Shown: one piece after another, positions 1 through 12,316 of the stretch
Position numbering within the stretch: the first letter of the stretch is position 1
Layout: each line of letters starts with the position of its first letter
Source: Auanema rhodensis
Lineage: Eukaryota; Animalia; Nematoda
NCBI GenBank assembly: GCA_964057225.1
Contig: OZ059899.1
Coordinates: forward strand, 15,252,001-15,316,000
Direction of reading: 5' to 3'
Length of the DNA: 64,000 bases
The notes under the pieces: model-generated
Databases searched by the model: none
Seen by the model: the letters and a program-made list of their open reading frames with translations, nothing else
Told to the model about the DNA's origin: nothing
Program-made: the position numbers and the translations under genes

Positions 1-699
1 GGTCTACAACAAAAAAAACAAAAACGTTCTTGCTTGATTTGAATACAAGAACGACAGCTTTAGCACAAGACAAACCAATTAAAATATATATAATGAACCA
101 AAGATAGCAAGTCTAGATTAAAGTTTTCAGACAAAATGAGGACATTTCGATCATGTTAAGCTATTAAATGAGCTCTTATAAAACACTGCATTTCTAAGAT
201 TCTGAAGGATGATTCAAGATGATTAATGATAATTAACAATGAGCGCAATACCCAAAAAAAGAAACTTGATTACAGCACAAGCATACATACAGCGAACAAA
301 ATGTACAGATAGAAACACAAAACTTCGTACTTTTCTAAACAAAATTTAACGTTTCATTGAGGATTCAATAATTAGAAGGCACGGAAAAAAATTATATTGA
401 TTTGAATGACAACTTTAACAACAATTCAGCAAGTAGCATAATCAGTGAGATTTGAAAATCACTGTAAAGGCGCGTAATACTACGGAATAAATGGAACACC
501 AGTCATGTAATGGGTAGAAGAGAGGGTTGAGTTGAGAAGTATAATGGAAATCAGAATGGTAGACCTTCCGATAATTCATACTCCAGTCTAATCAAAAAAG
601 ACAGACAGAAGTGCGTTTGTCATGAAAGGATAAAATGAGAAAGATAAGAAAAGGCAGTTAACAAGGAGTCATTATAAAGATTTACAAGGAATATGAAAG

Positions 700-2240
700 G
701 ATCAGGAAGAGCGAACTAGTCTGACCCATCCACCACATGGCCATACGGAGCAAGCATAGGTTGGGAGGAGAGGCCAGAGAGACGAGAGAACACCTGGAAG
801 TAAAGGGAGACGAAGAAAAAGAAGAAGAAGGGCTAGCACGCGACTATCGACTTGCCGTATACTAACAATAGAGATAGAGCAAGATAGAAAAGGAAAATAC
901 CACGATATAGCGTTGCAAATAGGTCTCTCTCTACTACTGCCCCGCATGTTAGTAGTATTTCTCAATATTAATGGGTGTTAAAGGACATGAGGCAAGAATA
1001 TTCAAGACAAGGAAATTATTTGGAGAACCGATGACAACATATGTATTCTAGGCGGAATCAAACTCAAAATTGCAGCTTTTAAATTTGGCAAAAAACACAG
1101 TAGAAGAATAATGCATCTTGAAGGCCAGTATATCCGAGAGAACTTGGACTGTCAACAAGAAAAAAAAAACAAGAAATTTTAAGATTATTTAGTTAGCATA
1201 TATACGCTTGCGTGCAAAAAATATATAAAATGGTCAGCAGAAACAGAATGATTGAACTCATAACTGATAATTAGAAAGTTTCAATAGAATAAAGATGTAT
1301 GGGCTGAAACATGGACAATGGATTGTGATGGTCGTCCGGTACAATACCAAACAATCAATAAGATTGCGAACGTAAGTGACCAGGTAAAAAACCCGCGAAC
1401 TGAAGAAGATGGAGGATGAGGAGGAAAGTTCGAGGAAAGACAGAAACATTATAGGCTGAACTAAACACAATCGTTTTATAAGATCCGCAAAATGGAAATA
1501 GAAATGAAAGATAGATATGAAGAGTATAGATAAAGAGAGAGAGATTAAGAAAAGAGAGAATCATTTAGTTGAAAATTTCGTAGTGAACAAGGAATAACTG
1601 ATTAAATTGAAAAATGTTGACATAACATTTTGAAAGGTTGGAGGGGAATTTGTAAAGCCAAAATCGTAACTATAAAACAAGGATCATATTTCAGGCAGCA
1701 CGTATTGATTCCACTCATTGATAAAAAGCACTCTCGAATAGCAACATCCTCAGAAGAGAAAAGAATAAAGAAACGATATGAAAAGCAATAATGGATACAT
1801 GACGATTCTTGAAGAAAGCATTCGGTAATGTATGAAATCAACAAGTACAATCTATGGGGTTATCAAAGTCGTGACTAACTATCTTGTCAACTTTGCCAGC
1901 TATAACAAACTTCTTCTCTAACATAGGAGGCAAAGCCGTCAGAGGTCTATAAAGCAATCAAATTGGATTAAAAACAATATTATTCTTGAAACTAGAATGA
2001 AAGAGAAGAGTATGGCAGAAACCCGCTATCATATTGGAAGGGCTGGTTGGTTCGTGAATGAGGCTATATCGCATGTGTCCGAGGAGAATGATTTAGCACG
2101 CCTCGCGCCTCTAACAACCTTGAGCAGCCAGACTGACTGCCCAAACAAAGAATGGACACCAACTAATCTCAATACAACACCAACCACACGAAAATGGCCA
2201 CTACAATCGTTGAAAGAAAACAAAACAGACCAGTAATCCA
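700..2240 (+). mobile_element. Heavily decayed Ty3/Gypsy-like LTR retrotransposon pol relic (RT-RNaseH-integrase order)
   Basis: Hand translation gives colinear motif remnants: PYGASI (~741) and DYR (842); MGVKG (~971) and WRTDDNICILGGIKLK (1021, resembling YxDD...GLKLK); DGRPVQY (~1327, RNase H-like); and WIHDDS*RKH...LSCQLCQ (1792-1900, HHCC integrase zinc finger). There are many stops and frameshifts, and the boundaries are approximate. Confidence 0.5.
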
Positions 2241-3038
2241 CAAGTAAATTGATGTTATTGGATTTCTAGCATCATAATGTATCTTAATTTAAAGATTTAG
2301 AACAAACTTATTAATTTCTTAAAGTCGAGATATCCATTAAGATTCTGATTTTATTCCGTAGCATGTTTCAGATGTAATACAGTACAACAGAGAATAACAA
2401 AATGTCATATACTAGCGGAAATGAAGGAGATACTAACTGTGCTAAAGAGATGATGTAGGAAGAAATGCGACTCATGAGGCAGCATAAGACCAAGATTTGC
2501 GCTTAAGATAGCAGACACATAAGCCAAGACTCATGGAAAAAGAAATTGGTAGACAATCCTGCTCGGTTACGAGAGAACATGGATTAGAATATAAGCAACA
2601 GAGTTAAAGAATCTAGCTATTAAAAGATTCTAATGTTTTACTCGAAGATTGAAAATTATAAGATTTAAGCATGAAAAAGCAAAAATAGCAGAACTAAATA
2701 AAACTTTTCACACGTATCATTCGGATATCAAAACTCACAGGCGAAGACTTGATTGAATAAACCATCCGCTAATATAAAACATATAGATATACTGGCAATA
2801 AATGTCTTTATTGCCTGAATATTTATGTATATACATGAAGAGATTTGCTGGCAAAAGAATGAGAAGACAACGAGGGGGTCAATTAGATAATGTCGCAGCT
2901 ATCCATGCAAGAGACCGTATCCTCACGGATTATAGGTTATAATTACAATCATGCAAGATAATTAATCAAAACCAATTTGGTTTGAGAGAAATATGCATAC
3001 ATAAGACAAATGCGAGAAATTCGAATAAAATCACTTAC

Positions 3039-3157
3039 CTATCATCTGGTGGCTGCACATATCGAAATGATTCTTGTGTTGCTGTCAATGGACGTCGACA
3101 TGGTTTTTCATTGAAATCTCCATAAAAAGATGAATATGGATTGAACACCGGGACCAT
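3039..3157 (-). CDS. Probable first coding exon of an unidentified gene that continues past the left edge (MVPVFNPYSSFYGDFNEKPCRRPLTATQESFRYVQPPDD...)
   Basis: There are 39 open codons from ATG (3157) to a consensus AG|GTAAGT donor at 3039/3038. A TTTTTTAAG acceptor lies 13 nt upstream of the ATG (trans-splice-like), and an E2F-like site lies ~170 nt upstream. I could not recognise a downstream exon in the window. Confidence 0.45.
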
Positions 3158-3326
3158 GAAATTTGCAAAACTTAAAAAAGGATGATTAGTGATAACTTAC
3201 AAAAAAATTAATTATAAAATCACAAGTCCCGCCTCATGATTACGAAAGCGCGTCGAGACATAACATGGTTTAATTGAATATAACCATTTCGGTCCGTAAC
3301 TTTACGTAAGATGTTGTGATAAATTA

Positions 3327-3338
3327 TTTGGCGGGAAA
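3327..3338 (-). promoter_or_regulatory. E2F/DP (EFL-1/DPL-1)-like site TTTCCCGCCAAA
   Basis: Matches the TTTSSCGC consensus in a locally GC-enriched patch upstream of the 3157 ATG. A second TCCCGCC lies at ~3227. Confidence 0.4.
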
Positions 3339-3414
3339 TATAATTTATTGTGAAATCCATATTATGAAGTTGAAACATAGTGCAACCTATATTACCTCTA
3401 ATGGTGTTTTTTCA

Positions 3415-4430
3415 GATTACTCCATCAACTGAAAAGCTTTGATTTGAGAGCTAAACTTTCTTCTTATCTAATTTTTTGTCCAATTTTACTTTTAGAGCTC
3501 GTATCTGGTTCAGTTGCACCCTTTTTGGTTTCAGCTTGACCAATGTTTTTGACAGCTGATGATAGGCTTCATCTTTGATGATCTTTGTTTGAACTTGTAC
3601 TTAGCTTTGGAGATTAGAGATTTTCTACCGAATTACTCTCTTTGTTTGGCTCATCCTTTGTAGGTATCGGAATCTGCAACGGCACGGTATGAAATGGATT
3701 GTTAATCTTTCCTGAAAACTTTAGAAGTAGTGCCAGATTCTGGATTTGGAGTACTGAGCTTAGTTAGCTTCAATAGCGATTCGTGGGCTTGGAACAGAAT
3801 TTTTAAACTTTTGATGTTGATATCTCATCTACACTTAAAGCAAAGGAGATAGTGGTTGCTTGTTATTTTCATCCACCGGCTCTTCATCATTCTACTTGAG
3901 TTTTTCTCTTTTCCTGTACTAGAGCGTAGAAAAATGTTTATTTCTCTTCAAATTTTACCACAGTTTGAGACTCGTTTAGTGAACGCTCTTCTTTTTTCTT
4001 TGCCAACATTAATTGTTCATTCAAATGAGTTGTTGGTCTTTCTGTTGGTGTTGGTAGAGGGTGCTTTGGTGCAAGTGACTAAATACAGATTCATACATCG
4101 CCAAAAGATTTTATGAGTGCATACCACTGATTCATTGTATTGAGTAACACGAGTTTGTTCTATTTCAGGGATTGTTTTTTTCATTTTTTCTAACGTCTCG
4201 ATAACGGATTTAGTGCTCTATAAGTCCAAATAAGATTATATATCTAGAAATACTACCTGGAAATTGTTGATTTGTTCCACAGATTTAGCTGATTCAGAAG
4301 AAATGGAAACAGGTGAAACGGATACTTCCTTGTCAATTTCAGCTGTAGCATGATGCGTGGGGGCCAATTTCTTCTGGATTTTTAATCTCTTGATATTCGT
4401 TTGGGATATATTGATATTTACCTTTTCATA
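3415..4430 (-). pseudogene. Truncated, intron-retaining duplicate of the orphan gene at 6062-7815
   Basis: 3891-4426 matches 7097-7632 with only two differences by eye, and ~3495-3890 aligns to ~6381-7096 with several deletions. It lacks the N-terminal signal-anchor exon and has a premature TAA at 3614-3616 (AAA in the parent). Confidence 0.85.
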
Positions 4431-6061
4431 TTCTCATTCCATACCTTGGCCAAAAGCTTTTCAGAGCTTATTAGAACATCGCGATGATTATGTGGATTAA
4501 GAAAAGCCTAATTGAATACAGTATATTCAATATAATACTTATTATTTACTAATGATAGAAATCTTGATAAGCTAATTGATTGATCTATTGTTTTATCTAT
4601 TTACTTCGGATATGTTAATATTTAAGTAATTGGTATTATGTGTCATTTTATAATAAACCTGGGTAATGAAAAAAAACATTATAATACTAATCATTTGAAA
4701 AAAAATCGAAATTATTCAGAGGCATTCATATATAATTAAAGTTCATAAGACAGTGATTTTAAAATTAAAATAAACTTTGTAGTATTATTCATTTTATTAT
4801 ATTATTTGAATGACTTTCTATTTTCATGTTGACAAAGCTATATTTACCGGATAGAATTGATTCAAATTTGTTTTTTTTTCAGCGTGTCTTTTGAATTACG
4901 TCACGTCAGATGTCGTTCGAATTACGTCACGCCGTGAAACTCACGTTTAAAATGAATATATGCAGTTAAAACAATCAGACCAGAGATTAGAGATTCGAAA
5001 AAAAAATTGAAATTGACTTAGTATTATAGATACAGGGTTTAATAAAAACTATAGTTCTGTCTTGTGTTTACAATTCGGATATCCACTACTGATGCTTATT
5101 ATTAAAAACAGACGCGATTATATCTTTTCATATCATGTTTTCCTCAAAGTTTTAATAACTAACCTTCTCGATTATCATGAATCTGATATTATGGTATAAT
5201 GTATTCCTATTTTCTGGTTGTTCAATGGTTTCTGTTTTCTTGTCTTCTGATTTTAGGATTTATTCTTCTGATACTTTGGTCTCGTTATCTTCTTGATCCT
5301 TTGAAAGCAACACTTATCGGCAATGACCTAGAGGCTAATGTTTCTTTCTACTCTTTTGGCTTAAGCTGCCTGACTTGTTTCACGAGGCTTTTCCGTATTT
5401 TATAATACATATGAAACTGGCTGTCTTAAACTTATATTTTCAGAGGCCTTCGTGCGTGTTTCTTGTTTAAATGTTTTCCAGACAGATATCTCTTAATATC
5501 CATATTTGTACCACATATATAGCCATAGCTTTTAAAACTACGCTCTCTTTTCAGGAGGATATCAAAGGAGATTATCTTACCAGAATGGTTGATATAGAAT
5601 CTGTTTTTCTGACCATATTCACAATTTTCCTCGGTTTTATTAATAGAAATAATTAAATAATGTTAAAATGTAGAGTTATAATATATTAATTATAAGCCAG
5701 ATTAATACAATCAATTATATTTAATTATCGTCAGGAGACCTTAAGAAAACTTTTGAACTCTCAAGAGGGAAACAAGTTCATAAGTATTACAAGAAGTATG
5801 CAGATACTTAAAATATGAATATGAGCTTATATTTCTACGATTCGATGGAATGTAACAGATATTATAATTTCATTTCCCTTTTTTTGAATCACCATTAGCA
5901 TAATTCCGTGTTTACCATGCAACAGAAATGTGTTTACTTACTATATTAGAAATTTTGATTAATTTCTTTTTATGTTTATCCATTTAAATATCTCCATACA
6001 AGTTTTTTTGATAAATGTAATTTATTATCGAGCGAACTACAAGTTAGTTATCAATTTTTTC

Positions 6062-7815
6062 TTATGCTTCATCTCCACTTTTTGATGATTTATGAGATTT
6101 CTTATCCTTTTTATCTAAATTAAAACTCAGTACTAATATTGCTCCTGCTACCTTACCTTTCTTTCTATCCGAATTTCCTGCTTTTTCTTTTTTACTCTTT
6201 TTCTCCTTCTTCTCTGAAAAAGTATTAATCTTATTACAGGCTCAGAGCAGTACCATAATTACCAGAACTTTTAGAAGACTTATCTTTCTCGCTTTTCTTC
6301 TTGTCTACGTTGATTAAATCATAAAAGAATTTTTTCATAGTTGTACCTTGACGTCCAGACTTGTCCTTCTTATCCTTTTTGGAGCCCTTATCCGGTTCAG
6401 TTGCAGCCTTTTTGGTTTCAGATTGACTAACGTTTTTGACAGCTGATGATGGGCTTGATTTTGGAGCTTCTTTCTTTGAATTTGTACTTTGCTTGGGAGA
6501 TTTAGGATTTTTTACTGAATTACTCTCTTTTTTTGGCTCATCCTTTGTAGGTATCGGAATCTGCAACGGCACGGTATGAAATGGATTGTTAATCTTTCCT
6601 GAAAACTTTAGAAGGAGTGCCAGATTCTGCATTTGGAGTATCGAGTTTAGTTGTATCTTCCTTATGGCTAGCTTCAATAGCAGTTCGAGTACTTGGTACA
6701 GAATTCTAAAGAAAAATAAATTTTAACTTATTGTTTCCTCTAATATTATGTACCAGAATTTCACGAGCTGTCTTGACACTATTGCTCTCTATTTCACTCT
6801 AGGTTAAGACTATTAAATTGAAAATGATTCTTTCGAACTTACAATCTCTCTTGTGGGTAGAAGAAGTTTAGATGGACTAGGCATTGCATTTGCTAAAGTA
6901 GGTGGTGGCTGGAACTTCATAGTCATGCTACTGATATTATAAATCTGAGCTAACCTTTGATGTTGATATCTCATCTTCACTTAATTCTCTTGCTGTATCA
7001 GGCAAAGGAGATAGTGGCTGATTGTTGTTCTCATCAGTCTTAATTGAGATTTCACGAGCAGTTGGAGCCTCAGGCTCTTCATCAATCTGCACTGTTTCTA
7101 CTTGAGTTTTTCCCTTTTCCTGTACTAGAGCGTAGAAAAATGTTTATTTCTCTTCAAATTTTACCACAGTTTGAGACTCGTTTAGTGAACGCTCTTCTTT
7201 TTTCTTTGCCAACATTAATTGTTCATTCAAATGAGTTGTTGGTCTTTCTGTTGGTGTTGGTAGAGGGTGCTTTGGTGCAAGTGACTAAATACAGATTCAT
7301 ACATCGCCAAAAGATTTTATGAGTGCATACCACTGATTCATTGTATTGAGTAACACGAGTTTGTTCTATTTCAGGGATTGTTTTTTTCATTTTTTCTAAC
7401 GTCTCGATAACGGATTTAGTGCTCTATAAGTCCAAATAAGATTCTATATCTAGAAATACTACCTGGAAATTGTTGATTTGTTCCACAGATTTAGCTGATT
7501 CAGAAGAAATGGAAACAGGTGAAACGGATACTTCCTTGTCAATTTCAGCTGTAGCATGATGCGTGGGGGCCAATTTCTTCTGGATTTTTAATCTCTTGAT
7601 ATTCGTTTGGGATATATTGATATTTACCTTTTTACATTCTCCATTATTCAAATTGCATGATTTAGATTTTGGGGAAGAACTTGATTGGGTACAACAATCA
7701 GGTCCCTTTAATTTTTGAATTGAATGAAAATTTTTTTTTAAAACCAAACCTTATTTGACCAAAGAAAATAAATTGCCGCTGCTCCAACAACCAAGGCAAC
7801 AACAGCTAAAACCAT
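6062..7815 (-). CDS. Orphan multi-exon protein with an N-terminal signal anchor, a Ser/Thr/Pro/Glu-rich middle with TARE-like repeats and a Lys-rich C-terminus
   Basis: The ATG at 7815 gives MVLAVVALVVGAAAIYFLWSNK. About a dozen short exons are joined by 40-50 nt GT-AG introns (GPDCCTQSSSS..., KKLAPTHHATAE..., EPEAPTAREIS..., IPIPTKDEPKKE..., ...KSSKSGDEA*), with TAA at 6062-6064. Confidence 0.8.
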
Positions 7816-8052
7816 TTTGTACAACCGAGTAGGTTGAGAAGTAATGAGAAAATGAGATTTTTGCCCCAGTTATTTTCACGCAGTCAAGCCCACGTGAATA
7901 ATGTTTCACTTAATAATTTTTTACTCAGCTATGTTAGCTGTGTTTGAATTATGAGTTTTGTAATAAAATAGTTTTATTATATCAAACAACAATAACAAGA
8001 AAAGACTATTCTATAAATGATTCTAGAACTGTACATTTTTTAAAACAAATGA

Positions 8053-9606
8053 TTAGGAACTTTGAGCAGCAGTTTGTTCTTGTTCGTGTAATTTATGAAC
8101 CAAGTCTTGTTTGTCTTTGTTAAAGTAATTTGCAAACCATTCCAAATGTTCTACCTTTTTTTGTGCTGTCATATACGGATTTTTTGATAAACCAACGCAG
8201 ACCTAATGTTAAAAATATGTAAATTTCACAATATTAAAAAAAAACTTACAAGATGCATGAAATGCGCAATAGGTCCTTTACTTGGAATACCTAAGTTCTT
8301 CAAATGTCTTTCGAGGAAGACATGCTCGACAAAGGAAACCTGTGAACAGAAACAGATAAATAAATAGCTAATTAATAAAACTAACATGTTCTTCTTCTCC
8401 AAGATGAAATTCGTTATTAATTGGATATTGCCATTGCTTTCCGGATACAGTCCATTCAATTTGTTCCTCGAAAGAGTTTTCTGGACCCATGGATTGATTC
8501 ATGGTCCTACAGTTTATGATAGACAAACTATACTAAGTAATAGTCTTACGTAGCGGCTTTGTAATTCCACTCGGTCCAGAATCCCAAAGACCTATCCTGA
8601 TGACCTTCCAATGTATTCCAGATTCCTAATTTCTCAGATTTGCTAAAGAGGGAAGGCAAATCAGGATCTTCACGAATGATTTTTCTCTTTACCCCATCAC
8701 CGACAAGGTCGTCATGGAATAGCATTTTCCTAAATGGATTTTCAATATGCCGGCTTCAGTAAAGGAAATTCTTACTCGGCTAATAGATAAGCTTTTTCAT
8801 ACAACTCTTTCTCTTTCTCATTTTCGAATTGCTCGGATTTTACTTGTTCTTCAACAGAAGCTTTTGCTATATCCCTTTGTGCTTTTCGTTGAGACAAAAC
8901 TCTCTCTTGAGCTTGCTCCACAGCTTTCTCAGCAATCACACGAGCTTCTTCTGCTTTATATCCACTCTACAAATTAATTATATAGAAATAACTTTTACGC
9001 AATTTAAATGACACAGACAAATTAACAAAAAGCTTACTTGAACAGCTTGATAGAAAATTTCTTTACGTAATAATACAAATCCTCTTTTATCTTGACGAAT
9101 CTGAGCAGCAGTAGGTCTAGAAAAGACAAAATTAGGCAAATATTATTGAAGAAAACTGATGAAAATTACTTTATTGATCTTTGAGCTTTAGTATCAGCAG
9201 CCACATCACTCAAAAGATTCACAATAGCTTTATCTTCTAACATATCCATAGTTTGAGCTGCAGTTGCATCGTGAAAAGTAGATTTTTCCGTTGCAATTAA
9301 TTTAGATATTAAGGTATTTTTGACTCTGAAGGTCGAGAAAAAAATTAATTAAAAATTTTGGAGGATGATTACTCTTTTTTTGCTTCTGGATTTGATCCGT
9401 GCAACTCATTTGCAATATCATTAACAGCATTCAACAAATCATCACCAAGAACTTCCTTAGCTTTGGGGTCTTTAGGCTAAAACACAATACCCACCAACAT
9501 AAGAGTTAATTGAAAGAAATCATACCCCCTTTCCATCAGAGCCGCCAGCTAAGCCTCTACACCCGGATTGAGAACGAGTTACACTAGTAAGAACCCTTCG
9601 CAGCAT
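8053..9606 (-). CDS. mrps-31: Mitochondrial small-subunit ribosomal protein S31 (mS31)
   Basis: The N-terminus [19 protein letters not shown] looks like a mitochondrial presequence. The C-terminal exons give [71 protein letters not shown], the hallmark MRP-S31 domain. Confidence 0.93.
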
Positions 9607-9850
9607 CTGCTAAAGTTCTAAAATGCCACACCTTGAGTTTGTTCCAAAAATGCGGTTTAAATATTTTATTTCAGCGAAATATACACTATATATAACCCTA
9701 AGAAATTTGCTGAAAATCTTTATTTCAAAGCATGAAAATAATAATTCTGAAGAAAACAAAGATCACTGATCAATTCATATTGTCTATAGAAATATGCTAT
9801 AGATCTACACTGGGACATAAATTATTAGCTAACGACGAAAGCTTCAATAT

Positions 9851-11090
9851 TTATTGGACAAACTTGACTCCTTTGGCGATGTTTTTGTTTAATTCGATAA
9901 CGGAAGCATCGATCAAGCTCTGTTCATAAGCGGTGACCTACAAAAATAAGCACTTATTATTAACTTAAACCCAAAAAGCTATACCTTTCCAACTCCGTGG
10001 ATCTTTTCTACTCCATTGGGTCCAAGCTCAATAGGGGTGGAGAAGAAGTTAACTCCCTTAACGGCATCAGATTCAACGTAAGCGCACTGTACGTTGTTGT
10101 CTCCCTTAAGTCCACGAACAAGAGAGTTGGCAAAACGAGCTCCAGCCAAAGCCATGGAGAGGGTAGCAGATCCCTATACAAATTTAATTTATTAAGAAAA
10201 ACTAGAAAAACACTCACAGCTCCAGCCTTAGCATTTACGACTTCAGTTCCGGCATCTTGAATTCTTGGGGTGAGCTTCTTAATCTCCTCCTCACTGAATT
10301 GTACGGATGGCTTGACTTGAGAGAGAAGTGGGATGATAGTGGCTCCAGCATGTCCTCCGACAACTGGAACAACAGTCTTAGAAACATCGAGTCCCTAAAA
10401 AATTTTTTACAAAACATGAATAATTAGATTTAACACCTTAAGCTCAGCAACGAAAGCTTGGGAGCGGACAACATCAAGAGTGGTTACTCCGAAAAGACGA
10501 CGCTTGTCGTAAACTCCAGCTTTCTTGAGAACCTCAGCGGCAATTGGAACGGTAGAGTTGATTGGGTTAGTAATGATAGCGATGAAGGCCTGAACATATT
10601 TTCGCTTAATAGAAACACGGATTTAATCTCTTACCTTTGGAGCGACCTTGGCGATGGTGGCTACCAAGTCCTTAACAATTCCGGCGTTGGTGTTGAAGAG
10701 ATCATCACGAGTCATTCCTGGCTTACGTGGAACTCCGGCAGGGATGACAACGACATCAGCTCCCTCAACGCAAGCAGCGAGCTCGTTAGGTCCGGTGTGA
10801 GCAGTTACTTTAGCATGAGAGTCAATGTGAGAAAGATCAGCAGCAATTCCTGGGGTTCCAACAATATCGTAAAGAGCGAGATGCTTGACAAGAGGATCTT
10901 GCTTAAGGAGAAGGCCAAGAGGTTGTCCAATTCCTCCGGAAGCTCCAAGAAGAGCGACCTATTTATGAAGAAATAACATATATGTTAACTTGAGCACTCA
11001 AACCTTAGGGGCGGAACTAGTGTTTCTAGCAGCGCTCAATCTAACAGCATTGGCAACAGCCAAAGAAGCGTTCTTTCCAGCGAAGGCCAT
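9851..11090 (-). CDS. mdh-2: Mitochondrial malate dehydrogenase
   Basis: Presequence [29 protein letters not shown], then [19 protein letters not shown]...[17 protein letters not shown]...[24 protein letters not shown], ending ...KGVKFVQ*. Six exons with GT-AG introns and strongly biased codon use. The ATG immediately follows TTTAG. Confidence 0.97.
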
Positions 11091-12316
11091 CTAAAGCAAT
11101 TGCAATTAAAATATGATTTGATAATGTTGAATAACACTTATAAAACAAAAAAAGTCTCTATAATACTAGTTTCTAGAATACAGCTTGACCGATAGAAGAA
11201 TGGCAACTAAAGTTAAAGGACGGGGCCCGTCCGTCATTTCCGCGCGAGACACAGCGGCAAAAAAGATAAGCTACATCTTTTGATTACTAAGAAGAATCTT
11301 TGTTGGAATATAAAAATAAAATTCGTTTTGTGAATCAAGTGAAGGAAATAGAACAAATGAAAAAGAAAAAACTCAAAATGGTAAAAAGTTGCCCCTCATT
11401 AAGAATGTACTATGCGCAACTGATAAGAATCACAAATGAAACTACGGTTATCTGGTTAACACAAGAACGGGAAATAAATTCAAGAAGTGAAGGGAAGAGG
11501 AGAATTTTGTATTGATATCTTAAGTATATGGGCATATGAGAAGTACAAAAATCTAATAACTAAATATAGTAAAAGATGTTGCAACTTGCTACTAAACACA
11601 ATATAAATCACAGCATTACGATAAATATCATGTGGAGTTGCGCTAGTGATCTTATGCTACATCTCTCCAATTCGAAACTGCAAGGACAGTTTACCGTGTC
11701 CTATTTAAGAGACTTTTCTAGAATGTACCTTGGTCTAAGAATACACTTGGCGCCTACATTTTGTAGTATAAAAAACCTTTTGTATTTAAAAAAATATATT
11801 TATTTATTTATAATAATTTTTATTTATATATAATTAAGAGACCGAGTTTTGAAAAAATCTTCTTTATTCAACAAAAAAATTAAGAATAAATGATATGAAT
11901 AGAATGGAAATATAACCAATATTTAAAGTGACGCCAGGATCACATAAAGAGGAGACGATTCTAGAACAGCAGACGTAACAGCTCCAGGGAAATTGATAAG
12001 GTTCTAATCTATGTGAACCACAGAACGATAGAGAAAAATTGGACGAACTTTGCACTGCTAAATAATTTAGAAACCAGAAAAACCGTGCTCAAAATTATTA
12101 CTTTTGAACTGAGAACTATGTCAACCTGATTAAGTGCATGCTGAAGAAAAGAGTGAAACACCTTAATTACGTTCATAGTGTATAATAAGATTTAAATTCT
12201 CGTTTTAAGAGGTTATATGTATATATTAGTCATTAGAGACTAATCAAATCATCACAAAATATAAATAAAACAAATTTCTATTATCCAGAACATTTGAAAA
12301 TTGGAAGTTTTGGAGA

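Noticed and set aside
3856-7322. Twin plus-strand ORFs (3856-4116 and 7044-7322) with identical peptide
   Set aside because: Antisense to the real minus-strand exons and introns. The identity simply reflects the duplication.
7816-8052. Extension of the operon from mrps-31 to the orphan gene
   Set aside because: The gap is short (237 nt), but there is no good TTTCAG-type acceptor and it contains its own CACGTG promoter-like motifs.
10458-10976. 172-aa plus-strand ORF (also 9997-10260)
   Set aside because: Antisense shadow of the codon-biased mdh-2 exons.
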